A stretch of DNA of 63,064 nucleotides, filler included, from Collodictyon triciliatum (taxonomy: Eukaryota), in the NCBI GenBank assembly GCA_043381765.1. It is 5 parts of 5 records of this genome, joined end to end, with 100 filler letters (N's around TTAATTAATTAA, not from the genome) between each part and the next. Parts side by side here need not be neighbours in the genome. Positions count along the whole stretch, not along the records: positions 17,765 to 35,429 come from JBHJMP010001431.1; positions 35,530 to 53,182 come from JBHJMP010001432.1; 3 more parts are not named here. The stretch is one strand, 5' to 3'. Position numbers and translations under genes: made by a program. Every line of letters starts with the position of its first letter. The stretch's first letter is position 1. Below, in pieces: positions 32,685-45,300 of the stretch. The notes below the pieces were generated by a model that searched no databases, was not told the origin of the DNA, and saw only the letters and a list, made by a program, of their open reading frames with translations.

Positions 32685-35300
32685 AAAGTTTACTGGTATG
32701 TAACAACATTCAATAAAATTATCACTAATCTAAAATTTGACCTGGTTTGAATAGATTGAGTAAAAATAAACCTTGTTCCATGTAGACTCTTCCTTGCTTT
32801 ACTGCATTTGCTTCCAGGTGATGGCTCATGGTACAAGCCTTCAATTCTGATTCATCTATCTTTGCCGAAGTTTGAATGTATCCGTCTAATCCATGACGTT
32901 GGCATTCAGGGCATTTAAATCGGTATGCTTTCACAAAATTTGGTCGAATCAATGATATTTGCTTGATGAAGGTTGAAAGGATATCAAAAATCCTGACGAA
33001 TCTATCGCCACTCTCATCAACCTCATTTTCGTATTTTCTAATCTTGACTGAAATGCTCTTTTGGTGGATTTGGTACAAAACAATCAAACCGTCTCCAGGA
33101 AGCAGTTGAATTTCATCTGTTCCTGTTTTGTATGAAGCATTCAAGTGTATGAACGCTACATCTCTGAAAAACTGGTCGTCATACTGTACTCCAGCTTTTA
33201 CCTCTTTTGTCAAACGAAGCGCTTGTATGATAACATTGCTTTTATCACAGAGCTGGATTTCGCCATTGGTCATTATTTCTACAGTGGTTTCAGCAATACA
33301 GTTTGACTCTGGGTTTTCATTCCATAAGGCTTTGATATTTTGGCACTCTTCCATCAGTGAGGGAAAGGCGATGCATTCTCTGTTGAATTGAATCCCAAGG
33401 CCGAAATGGTCAAAGATTCGAAGAATTGTATTGAACACATGTTCGTCTAGTTCCGCATTCAGTTCTTGTTTAATTTGGTCCTTTAACTTGCTCAACAAAA
33501 TGATGCCACTTGTGTCCTTCCCGATGCCCTTGAAACTGAAGACACAGCGGAATATGTTGATGAGAAATAGTGGGTCCAAAAATAAAATGTCCTTTGCATT
33601 TTCTAGGGATGAATACCAAACAACTGAGCCAAGGTCGTGGAGGAATTTGAGAGCACTTTCGCACCCATTTCTGTCCATACCCAGCTGCTTCTCGGCAAAA
33701 TCGTAAGTGTCTTGGATTCGTTCGTACTTAGTATATTGGCCTTTTGAATTTAGATAGTCTTTCAGCCCGATATATGTTTTTGGAACGTCCTTGTTCATGT
33801 TATCAAGCCTCATCATTCCTTTATATATCTCTTTCTTCAAATCTGATATTTTTGTTCCGCTCTTGTTGCTCACTTTTAACTCTGTATTGATGAAGATATG
33901 GCGAGCCTTTTCATCCAGTTTCTGCTCATTTTCATTTTTAATTCGCTCGATATCTTGGTGTATCTCCCGACTAAAACTAGGATTCTCGCAATCTTGGCGA
34001 GTCCCAACAATTATAATATTTGAGCCAGGTGCGAAGTCATCAAGCATTTTGACCCAGCGGCTGAGGTTATTCTTCTCCTTGCCTTGGTCGAGTCTGTAGA
34101 GAATCAAAACAAGAGCGCCTGATGATAAAAAGAACGGGTGTGTTACTTGGAACTCTTCTTGTCCCCCAAAGTCCCATATCTGCATAGATAACTTGGTCTT
34201 GAAGAATCCACTCATCATCGACTCATCAATGTCGACATGTGCAATACCGTCTGTTGCAATCCTCGGCTGGTCAATTGTACTCTTGAAAAAATTGTATTTT
34301 TGTGTAATTGATTTGATAAGGGTTGTTTTTCCTGCCTCTCCCTCGCCCAATAGCAGGAGTCTTGCTTGGGTCCATTTTACAACACCAATCATAGAGTTTT
34401 CAAGGAAATCAAAGACGGCTTCAGACCCATTTCTGAGGACGTTTTCTGGTATATTTTTGATAGGATTTGCTTGGACGTTCAGTCCATCTCGTAGCCCTTT
34501 AAGCTTGGCGATGAACGAAGGTACAATGCAAATCTAAAAAATAAAAAGATGTCGATGAATCGGGGTTTCTACTAGTAAGATGTGACTTTATGGAGATCGC
34601 TCACAAAATAAGAAAAGGAAAAGGAAAAGGAAANNNNNNNNNNNNNNNNNNNNNNNNNNNNNNNNNNNNNNNNNNNNNNNNNNNNNNNNNNNNNNNNNNN
34701 NNNNNNNNNNNNNNNNNNNNNNNNNNNNNNNNNNNNNNNNNNNNNNNNNNNNNNNNNNNNNNNNNNNNNNNNNNNTTTACTTGGCATAATAAAAAAACTC
34801 ATTTACTTGGCATGAAAGCAGGTTATGAATTGACAATGGTCAATACAATTAATCAAATATGATTTCAGTATCAAACCGTATTGTGACGGGAGTGTACGAG
34901 TAGAGCTAGGATGCTCGACCGCCAAAAGGTCTCGAAGTGAGGCGATAACCTAAACGGAAAATATATAAAAACTTTTTTTTTAAAAAAAAAAGAAGAGCGC
35001 ATATTTATCACTTATTTTAAGTAATATGTTTTGGGGAAGAAGAGAGAAATGTGAATTAATCTGAGGAAATTATCCCACCAATGGCTGCTTCGTAGAGACA
35101 GAGTTAACTACGCTAAGGGGTATCCATCCTTTCGGGTGAATGCTAGCACAGTAAATGATTCTGGTGTAGTTTGTGTTTGCAAATGGCTCGATGATATATC
35201 CACCGAATAGAGTCTCGCCTCTTACAAATCCGCTGAATTCAGGTACAGATGGATGTTGTGTTGAAATGACGGCGATGTGATACGAATTTGTCTATGGAAT
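30232..35300 (-). CDS. Roco protein: LRR cap - Roc GTPase - COR - protein kinase - SAM-like - C-terminal LRRs
   Basis: LNVQANPIKNIPENVLRNGSEAVFDFL (pre-Roc); GEGEAGKT, ATDGI, WDFGGQEEFQVTHPFF, VGTRQD, VSNK (Roc); VPKTY..ALKFLHDLGSVVWY..LDPLFL (COR); LAKGTYGRVY, AVVK, YHEDLKADN, DFG, GTANWQAPE (kinase); then LRRs such as LTNLSYLDLSKNK and LTRLDVSQNQL. Both ends are approximate: the 5' exons above 34534 are obscured by an N gap. Confidence 0.88.
32594..32681. repeat. (AG)n microsatellite in the Roco COR-kinase intron
   Basis: Seen directly. Confidence 0.95.
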
Positions 35301-35429
35301 GCGTTCTATTAATACTTCAGGCGATTGGGATGAATGGTTGGGCAATGCCTAAAGAAAACTGTAGGGAATGCCACTTATGTACTTCATATCTAGTCACCAG
35401 GCTAAAAATAAAGGAAATTCTGAAAGGAA

Positions 35430-35529
35430 NNNNNNNNNNNNNNNNNNNNNNNNNNNNNNNNNNNNNNNNNNNNTTAATTAATTAANNNNNNNNNNNNNNN
35501 NNNNNNNNNNNNNNNNNNNNNNNNNNNNN
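35430..35529. other. Artificial contig spacer N-TTAATTAATTAA-N
   Basis: 12-mer at 35474-35485 between N runs. Confidence 0.97.
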
Positions 35530-35636
35530 ACATACATACATACATACATACATACATACATACATACATACATACATACATACATACATACATACATACA
35601 TACATACATACATACACACATACACACATACACACA
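35530..35636. repeat. (ACAT)n microsatellite at a contig start
   Basis: Seen directly. Confidence 0.95.
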
Positions 35637-35927
35637 TCGTTTGTCATTGACTGTGGAAAGTGTGCAGAAATTTTTATCTTTCAAAATATTCTGTTGTCTT
35701 CCTTCTCATCAATCTCATACCCTGATATCCTTATTTCGGCTTCAAAAGAAAAACTGGTCCATCATCCCACTACCCGACAGTTTTTTGTGCAACCAATATT
35801 TTTTGAACCTTGTTAAAGATTTGTCAGATGACAATATATGTTAATAAATGTATTTGTTCAAAAAATAAAAATAAAAAAAGCTCACGAAACCAACATCTTT
35901 ACCAGATATGATATATATGAAAAATAT

Positions 35928-37814
35928 TCAATCCTTTGGCCATTCGGATTTGCTTTTAAGATAAGGAGATAGGGACAGGGATGCTGTCATCAGCAACAGA
36001 AGGACGGATTGTATGATGATTGGCCACTTCAGGTTATATTTCAATGATCTGACTATTGGGACCTCTATCCCGTACAGATACTTCTCCAGTGTTATACATG
36101 TGGATTGAGTAAATATTTCAATGGTGATTTGGATGAGAATACTGAGAACCATTTCATCCAAACCAGAGAATGTTTTGAATCTAACATAGTCTTTCGCTGG
36201 AGAGAATAGGAACAAGGTAATAGGTATTATAACTGCAGATTGTATCTCAAGCATAGAATGGTTGTATGAGCGATCCATATGATATTTCACAATTGGCTCT
36301 ACGAAATCTTTGCGTTCTCTGATTTGCTTGACTATCTCGTTGAAGTTTTGAGTTATGAAAATTGATTTGGCTTCATGTGTATAATTTTTATCCGATCGGA
36401 TGTTGCTTATGTTCCCATGGTTTTTCATTTCGTGACTACTATTAAAATTATCTACGTCGCCTGCATTTTCTGATGTGAATGGTTTTACTGCATTTGATGT
36501 CGTTGTTGCTCTGAAATTACATAGCAGAGAGTAAATCATATATCTTATAGATCCCAATATGCGAGCTCCATAAATAGTTCGTGGAATGCTGGTTATGCGG
36601 AAGCAAATTTCAGTCACAGAAGAAATCAAGCTGATACACACTGTGTCAGTTAAGTTTGGTGAACTTGTTATCATCAAGCGCAATATACATGTAGATATGG
36701 TGTTCATAATGTTCCCCGGAATCATCCGATACTTTATGTGCTCTATCGACTTGTAAATCAAGAGATTGCTTTGGTACATATGAACCGAGCTAAATAGAAA
36801 AGGCATGACCATCACCCTTCCCAATATTCGCATGTAGACTTTAGAGTCCATGAAGTAGGACAACAGGTGGTACACTGAAAAGTAATACACACACGCGTAA
36901 GCTAAGAGTCCTTTGAAGAAGCATGTAGGAGTGCCGTCCCTAGCGATGGTACGCACACGGTTATGTCTTACTCCCATCTGATCAAGTATTTCTGGTGGCA
37001 CCGAGTATTCCAACCTAATCTTTCGGAGTAAAAGGTAATAATGCGATATAAAAATTAAGTAATAAGCGAGAGAAAAATATGCTATCGGATGCATTTGATT
37101 AAGAACGAAAGCTAGCGCGTTCATGACAAAAAAAGGTATGGTAATGAAATATGCCAGCTTTCCGAATTCGTTCAATGAGAATAAATATACAAACGTCACC
37201 AAGATGGACAAGTAAGAAGACAATAAAAAAAATGATTGGGAAGCGAGGTAATGACGCAAGTAGTTTTCATGGTTGATATGAAACATCCACAAGGAACTCA
37301 ATATAATGGATATAACCACGAAAGGGAAAAAAACCAATGTTGTTGAGTGGTAAATAAGCCATAGCAAAGCTGACCAAGAATATCTGATTGACTGGTAAAT
37401 TGTTGGAGATTTTTGAGATTGAGAAGGGTCTTCTGGATTTATCTTGTTTTTTTCTTCAACTTTCATGTTATTAATAAGCCCATGTTGTATCTCAGCCTCA
37501 TTACTTATCACGCCCAAGAATGTAAAGTCAGAAGGTGAAGATTTGCTAGTCTGCAAGCTATACTTGCTTTGATTTGGATGCATGAAGAGTGGACTGGTAT
37601 GGCCCTCGCCAACCGTTGTTGAGGCAGCATTGAAGCGACCCTCCGATGAAGCATCTATGGAAGGCATATCTGCCAGGGGGATTTCTTCCAAGTTTTCAAG
37701 GTTTTGTTGAATGATCACTCCAGATCCAACGGTCTGCGAACCAACCTCGCTTCTGCCCACGATTTCGGGACAACAAGCTTCCGCGGTGTCTTCAGAGTTT
37801 GAATGTGAACTCAT
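35928..37814 (-). CDS. Intronless multi-pass membrane protein of unknown family (628 aa)
   Basis: Long ORF with a ~140-aa polar N-terminus followed by about 11-12 hydrophobic segments. Confidence 0.8.
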   Translation of the reverse strand: MSSHSNSEDTAEACCPEIVGRSEVGSQTVGSGVIIQQNLENLEEIPLADMPSIDASSEGRFNAASTTVGEGHTSPLFMHPNQSKYSLQTSKSSPSDFTFLGVISNEAEIQHGLINNMKVEEKNKINPEDPSQSQKSPTIYQSIRYSWSALLWLIYHSTTLVFFPFVVISIILSSLWMFHINHENYLRHYLASQSFFLLSSYLSILVTFVYLFSLNEFGKLAYFITIPFFVMNALAFVLNQMHPIAYFSLAYYLIFISHYYLLLRKIRLEYSVPPEILDQMGVRHNRVRTIARDGTPTCFFKGLLAYACVYYFSVYHLLSYFMDSKVYMRILGRVMVMPFLFSSVHMYQSNLLIYKSIEHIKYRMIPGNIMNTISTCILRLMITSSPNLTDTVCISLISSVTEICFRITSIPRTIYGARILGSIRYMIYSLLCNFRATTTSNAVKPFTSENAGDVDNFNSSHEMKNHGNISNIRSDKNYTHEAKSIFITQNFNEIVKQIRERKDFVEPIVKYHMDRSYNHSMLEIQSAVIIPITLFLFSPAKDYVRFKTFSGLDEMVLSILIQITIEIFTQSTCITLEKYLYGIEVPIVRSLKYNLKWPIIIQSVLLLLMTASLSLSPYLKSKSEWPKD

Positions 37815-38709
37815 CGGCTATCTGCAGAGCTAGTGGCAAGAGTAGGAATTGGAATGGGTGAGGTTGCCAGCGCGCGTGTGTGTTCTGGACGGATCGGATA
37901 ATCTGAGAACTAAACCGCGGTTTGTAGGGGTTAATTTGATCTGTGCATCCAAGCCTTGTTTTGGTTCGTCTCACCTCGTATCCTAAATCCGGCATCCCAA
38001 CAACGTATCGAAACGAATGCGAATATCACCCACATCTGCAAATTTTTATGTCAACTATACATATGTGGAAAATTGTTTACCTGAGGCGCCCTGGCTTTTT
38101 TCAAACTCCTAGGCCTTGAACCCCGCGTATATGCCGAGGCTGAAGATCTCTGGCTGGGGCAGATGTTGCAGTTGGGTGGTTTGGCCAAGTTGGGCACAGA
38201 AGGTTCTCCTAGATATGAGCTTCGTGGAACTCACACAAGGCTGGACGAGCAGAACGCATCCTACTTGGATTGGTCGCGGTAGAAGGGCTGAACGGGACAC
38301 AAGGGCAAAGGAACGTCGATGGCTGCGGTTGGCTTCTATGTTTCAAAACATAGAGGAGTTGACAAGGGATCAGGGTAAGATATTCATTGAAAAGGCTGGA
38401 AGGCACTAGGGTCCTTCTCCTTTTTTTTTTTTTTTTTTACGTATGTATTTATATTTCATGGCTGAGCACACATCATGACACACCTGTTGTATATTCCATT
38501 CATTCCTTCCCATTTATTTGTTTGTCTTCTTCTTTTTTAACCCCTACTTTTTTTAATAATTTATTTTTATTAAAGTTAATTTAATTATTTGTCATAAAAA
38601 AAACCACAATAAGCTACACCGCAGGGCTTTCTCACCTCTCTCTGAGATAATCACCACCACCAAAAAAAAAAAAAAACGCTGTAGGGAGCGGGATATTCTG
38701 TTAAGAAAT

Positions 38710-41700
38710 ATGGAAAGAGGACCGGACGACGGAGCTGGAGTTGCGCCAAGCGAGCTAACCCCGCCAACACCAGGATTCAATTACCTGACTGAAGACCCTC
38801 ATTCATCCATTCCTTTGCTGCATTCCGGCGATGGCCATGCGCCACTGAAGAGTTGTACATCTCTCTCTGCTGCTGTATTCAATTTGACCAATGCGATCCT
38901 TGGGGCTGGTGTGCTGGCTTTGCCTTTCTGCATGAAGGTAATTTTTTCAATTGACGATTTTATCTTAATTAAATGCACAAATTACAAAGGAGGGATAGAT
39001 GAGAGCCCCATCGTTCCATGTCTATGAGTCGGTTATTTGGTTGCTTATTTTGTTGATTATCTTCCTCTTAAAATATCTATCACGCATACATATATATCAT
39101 AGCATGTGATACCTATTCATTTGCTCACTTGTCCTTGAGAAAGGGGGAAAAATTGAATCCAACTAACTCGGTCTAATTTTCCTGATTCTTTTATGTAGAT
39201 TCTGGGTTTGGCATTCGGTCTATCAATGATTGCTGTGATATCAGTTATAACAAATTATTCCTTGTTTTTGCTCCATCGATGCAGTAACATCACCAAGCAA
39301 ATTTCTTACAGTCGTGTTTGTATTTATCTTGCTTTTGGTTTAGAAACGAACATATATGCTTCAAACAATGGTCTCCTTGGTTTAAAAAAAATTATGATTA
39401 TGTACTTTAAATATATTTTAAAATATCAGGTCGCCTTGAGGACATGTGGTCCATGGTTGTGCATTACTTTAGATTTTATTCAGGCGATATATAGCTTCGG
39501 AGTTCTCATCGCATATCTAATAGGTTTAAATTGTGCTTAATCCTGAATTATCAATACGTTTCACCAGGTTGATTTTCGAAGTAGTCCATTATTGATAGTC
39601 TCTCATTCGCATCTTTCATTACTGCCAGTCATTGGTGATACAGTGAAGCCTATATTCGAAGAGTTTGCTGGGTTGGATAAAGATGCTGATGGCCTCAGGA
39701 CAATTTTACTAATCATAGTGACTGTAAGAATTCAACAAGTCTTTAGTTTTTAAAAAAGTGAGGATTTTCCTGTCATTAATTCGTAATCAAATAGTACTTC
39801 ATTTTGCTTCCGTTGAGCTTGCTACCTTCCATTGATTATTTGAAGCACTCTTCGTTGGCGGCAATCATTTGTGTTTTTTTCATTGCATTTATGGTGATCG
39901 GGAAAAGTGTGGAATTCATCAAAACAAATGAAATTCGAAACATCAAACAAGTTAGGGTTCAATATCTTGTGNNNNNNNNNNNNNNNNNNNNNNNNNNNNN
40001 NNNNNNNNNNNNNNNNNNNNNNNNNNNNNNNNNNNNNNNNNNNNNNNNNNNNNNNNNNNNNNNNNNNNNNTGATATTGCCATATATATGATAACTTCAAA
40101 GCCTGAAAATATTTGTTTTTATAGTTCGATTTGAGTGTAGACTTCTTCATCGCGCTACCAATACTCCTTTTTGCATACAATTGTAGTGCTCAGGTGAACA
40201 TCTGTATTAGAGAAACGAAAAGATCGAACTCCAAAGAATTTTTGAACTTTTGTTTTATCAAATATAATGTGATGCAATTAATTTTAAATGCTTTTTCTGT
40301 TTGTATCTACCTCTTGATAATATTGTCAGATGATTCCGATCTACGGTGAACTACAGAAACCAATATCTGATGATGTAACGAATAGGCTATTACGTTATTC
40401 TTTCACTTTGTGCAATGGTATTCAGTTTTTGCGACTAGCTTAAATCACATCTTAAAAAAGTTTTGAAATATATTCTCAAGTGCTTTAAAACCCAATATTG
40501 ATTTGCTACGAATTATTAGTTGTGTACATAGCAGTGGCTTCTTTTGGTTATATTCAATTTGGAGGTGACAAGTTCTTTCAATATATGATAATACTCTGTT
40601 AAATATAGCATCGATGAATTCCTGTACTTCATTTGAACATCAGACTAAAAAAATTGTATATGCGTCATAAAAGAAAATACCCAAGACAATATACTATCAA
40701 ACTACAGAAATGACGATGCTGTTGCCGGTTTGTATTCAAATGCCAGTGATTGTGTTGTTGTTTATCCCTTCCTTAAGCTTTTATATAACTGAAAGTAAAC
40801 AAGTTTTCAGGAAGAGTTTTATTTGTAGCTATCGGTCGAATTTCTTTGAGTGCTGTCATCACTTTCTCGTATCCAATCATTTATCAACCACTGAAGCATT
40901 CGGTCGAGCATTTATATCATCTATATATGATTGGAAATCCTTTGCAAGTCCTCCAAGTAATTTTCATCTCAAAAAAAAAAAGCATACACTCTCACTGATA
41001 ACCTTGGTTGCTATGTTTGGTTCATCAAATAATTCGCAATTCATGTTTCTATTAATTTGTTTGGACTAGTGGTTTTTTTGTAAAAAAAAAAAAAAAGTTA
41101 AAATTCTTAAACTCCTGAAAAAATCATAGAAGTCTCTGGAAAATGAAGACGATCTTCACTTTCCTCCTCTCCCGAGGTATTTTGTAGTTGTGGAAGGATT
41201 TTTCATCGTCAGCCTCTCTTTATTAGTCGCTATTTTTGTTCCTAGTCTGACTCAGGTTTGGCCATAAAAGTTATTTTATGTGACTCTGACTTTTTTTTTT
41301 CCGTTTGGCCTCACCTGTGCGATAATATCCGGAAACATCACGACATATCAAAATTCCTTTTGATGTGGTGATATACTTGTCTCTTTCCTTTCTATTTTGG
41401 AAATGTGTATCTTGAGTCTAACTGTCCCCGATAATCTATCTTAAATGTGCACTCGTTTCGTAACAAGGTATTTGCTCTGACTGGTGCCATTGGCGCTCCA
41501 ACCATGTGTTACATCTTTCCAGGGTTGATGTATTTGAAGCTCATTCCAGTGGTGAGTATTGTAATTGTTTTTGTTTTTGCTTATGTTTTTGTTTTTGCTT
41601 ATGTTTTTGCTTTTGCTTTTGCTTTTGTTTTTGTTTTTGTTTTTGTTTTTGTTTTTGTTTTTATTCAGTCTTAATCTAAATTCATTAAAATTCGCACGTA

Positions 41701-41852
41701 TCTATGAAGCGACACGGTGGTAAAATATGACTTTATATTTCCTCTAGAAGGACAGAAGAGCGCGCACGTGGCCGACGGCTTTGGTGGTGTTTGGTGTGGT
41801 CTCCTTTGTGCTGTCTGTGTCTGTTTCCTTGATGAACATTGCTGGAGTGTAA
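38710..41852 (+). CDS. AAAP/Aa_trans family amino-acid transporter (SLC38/AVT-like), about 13 exons
   Basis: AVFNLTNAILGAGVLALPF; YSFGVLIAYLI; LPLSLLPSIDYLKHSS; ALPILLFAYNCSAQ; VFALTGAIGAPTMCYIFPGLMYLK; ends ..SLMNIAGV* (TAA 41850-41852). A scaffold gap at 39972-40070 lies in an intron. Confidence 0.92.
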
Positions 41853-42357
41853 CACTCGTGCCTTTATGGAGAAAAGGAGAGAATGACGATTTAAAGTACC
41901 AGATGGGGTTAAATAAATGTTGCGGATTGCATGCGGCTATTTCCACCTTTTCTTCTATTGTCACTCCTTTTGAGAGACAACCCTAACCCGACTCTTTTGT
42001 GAGGTGAGCAAAGAGACACTGTTTTCAGACATCAATCGTTACTGGTGTCATTAAGATAATTTTATTAGCGATTGTATAAGAAAAGGAGATAGAGAAGCGG
42101 GCAAGAAAGGCAGAGATAAAAGGTAAAGTATATCAATTAGCTGCGATTAAGAGACGTGAATAATGTAGGACCGAACGCAACTCATGTTTCGAACACCTTG
42201 TGTACGGAAGTTCAGGGATTAACAGCGACAGAAGCCTGGTGGATTTAAGTGGGTGGTCAAATCACCCTGCAGAAGAAGAGCACACGCAAGTGTTGATGAC
42301 TTCCTCCATCAGCATTCGCTTGCACATCGAGATAGTGCCACACACATGTGCACATCC

Positions 42358-45300
42358 CTAGTGCAATGACGCATGTGTCGGCGGGTCGTCCTCGCTCTCG
42401 TCAGGGTCACTTATCACAACCTCGACGCTGACTTCAGAAGATGTGAAAGGCAGATGGGCGTTCTCTGAGTCGCACGAGAACTGCTGCTCGGGTTGGTTCT
42501 CGAGAATCGCACCATAAGGCGTTTCTGTGCCGCCCAAATCTCCACCAAACTCGAGCGATTGCTGCCGGTTCATACGATCAAGGATAGTCTTATTTGTCCA
42601 GTCAGGCTTTTGCATGGGTATGGGTGATTCGATTAAGTCTTTTTCTCGTTTGTAGAAGATCGCTTCTTCTAACGGGACATAGGGCGAAGCGTATTCTTCT
42701 ATGCCGAAGGCTGCCTGTTGATTATCAGTCGGTATAGCGCTATCGCAGAGATTCCCCGTTATCTCCACAGAATCTTGTAATCGGGTGCGCGAAGTGCTCG
42801 TGTAAGCAAGGTCTGAAGAATCCCCAGACAAGATTTCTAGGGAAGTAAGGGGTTGACAGATAAAGGTAAAGAAAAGGGGGTAAAGGGACCGTATTTAGAA
42901 TGCGGTGTAATATTTTTTTGTTATTGTTTTTTTGTTTATGTTGTTCTATTTCTTTTTTTTTTCTTTTCCTTTTTCTTTAAAAAAAAAATGTAAATAGAGC
43001 AAGAAAAAAAAAACTCTTCGAAAAAAATCAAAATCCAGTACCACAGAGCAGCTCCAAATCAGTTGGTGAAATTGCTCCATCCTTAGCGTGTCCCATATAA
43101 CTTTCTGAACATTCGTTCCAATCTTCCATTTTTCTCTAAGCAATAATGGGGGTTGATAAGGAATGGAACGGCCCTGAAAAGGTCTTGAGATAGAATCCAA
43201 AAAAGGTAGAGATTAAGCCCTTACAGATTCCAAATCTTCGGATTGTGTCATAGAAAGGGGTGCATCTTTCTTGATTCCTCGACTGGCCAAGAGCTGAGTA
43301 TCCCAATTCATTTCTGTTGATGTGGTGATCGCTTGAGTGTTTTGGAATGCCTCGTGTGACCTTGCGTATCTCTTGGCTTCGGATAGACCAATTGATGAGG
43401 TCAACCCAAGTGTCGCACATTTAACACTACCGTCATCCTCCTCCTTGGGTAATACAAAACAATGAAGCATTTTAGGAGACAAAGTCTCTGGCTTGGCAAT
43501 CTCTTCCAGACATAAATCTCGGGTTTGTTCTGAGCGAGGAATCTATAGAGATGAATATTTTTTTTGTTCCGATCAACATATGTTTATAGAACCAAGAAGG
43601 AAATAATAAAAAAATGTACGGATTTATGACATAATATTTTGACCATAGCCTGTATGATAACGACTTACTCGATGAGTAACAGAACCTAGACATAGTTAGA
43701 CAAATACATTAATATCTCTTGCCTTAAAGACAGACAGAAAAAAAAGGATTTATAATTTTTATAAGTTCTGTATGTTAGAACCCGTTTCGCTGGATTATTA
43801 TTATAGAATCATATTAAATGATTACAAAGGAAATAAGATTACAGTAGTTTGAAATATTGATCCAAATACTTGTGGCAGGAGCACTTACTTTTTATCTTGT
43901 AGGTAACCCACATGGCTCGGCGATCAAAGCAATTTGCTGACCGGTAGGCGCGCTCCGAATGCAAAGGAGAGGAGGACATTTTGTAGCAGTGGTAGTCTGA
44001 AAAGAACTTTTGTGCGCACTGCTCTCGCACCTTCATGAGGCGATCCAAGACCGCGTTGGTGTCGGGAATGTTGGAGAAGACATATCCAGGCATGATGTAA
44101 CCGACGTATTTGTAGTCTTCTGTGGTCACCGTGACTTTGAGACGCAACATGCCTTTGCCTTCCTCGTTGATTTCTGAGACGTTGCAAAGGTATGCATTGC
44201 AGCTCGTGCTTTTGAAGCCAAACTTTTTGATCGACAGGTAGTTCTGGTCCTTGGAGTCGATGCTGGAGTGAAAGACCTTTGAGCAGAAGGCCGCGCACAG
44301 TCGCAGGCCGCAGTTGTGGAGTTGAAGAGAACAGACACACGGAGCGCGCCAAGGGCGATGGGAAGAGAACGAAAGACAGGGCGAGTGAGGAAGGAAAGAA
44401 CGGAAATCACAAGTGAGTCGAATTTAAAGGGTGGGCTCGATTCTTCTCTTTTCTTTTCTTTTTTTTCATCAAAACACCCATGCGAAAAAAAAAGTGCACG
44501 CAAGATGCTACATTTTCAGTCAAGAACGTCAAAGGCTACAAAACATAAAGGCAAGGCAATGGCCAAGCCGGCGCAAGAATAGACAACGCGTGGGCTCGTC
44601 TCGAAAATACGTAGGATAAGTGAGTTTGTCTTACGGTTGAAGCAGACTTCCCATGGCCCTTGAGCGCGTCTAGCACAACCATGCCGTCACCCGTGACCAC
44701 CTCGATGACAAAGGACAGAGCGCCGGTGACTCGGTGGAGAAAGAGGCTGAAGTTTGTGGACTTTGACTCGTAGAAGGAAAAAGGCTCTGGTGGGATGCAT
44801 GTTGTGTAGCCGTCTGCGCGGGTGTCCTTTGGGAGGATGTTGTTCATGAGCGTGTGTGTTCGCTTCACAAAGAGGTCAAACTGCCTCATGGGTCTGGAAG
44901 GCGAGTCTTGGTGGGTATGCAAAGGGCAGTGCTGTAAGAGAGGAGTATATGGTAGTGAGAACTCTGATTTTTTTTCTTTTTCTTTTGTTTGTTTGTTTGT
45001 TTGTTTGTTTGTTTGTTTGTTTGTTTGTTTGTTTGTTTGTTTGTTTGTTTGTTTGTTTGTTTGTTTGTTTGTTTGTTTGTTGAGTGACACATCGTGCAAC
45101 TAGCGAGGTTCTAAGGTCAAGTGTGGAGGAATACGAAGAGAAGGTATGGATTGGTTGAAAGGCAAGGAAGGGTCTCCACACCAGTTTCCTCGATGAAGGT
45201 AGCAAAGGAGCCGTTCTTTTGGGTCTCCTAGTGAGTAAAAATTAAGTTTTTTTTTTTTGTTATTATTAAAATAAAAGTCAAGAAAAAGGTAATCGGTGGC

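Noticed and set aside
35720-35740. ATATCCTT as a possible U12-type intron donor (also near 47450)
   Set aside because: Not at an exon boundary of any inferred gene.
38116-38409. 97-aa ORF between the divergent TM-protein and amino-acid transporter genes
   Set aside because: Short, no motif, and located in the probable shared promoter/UTR region.
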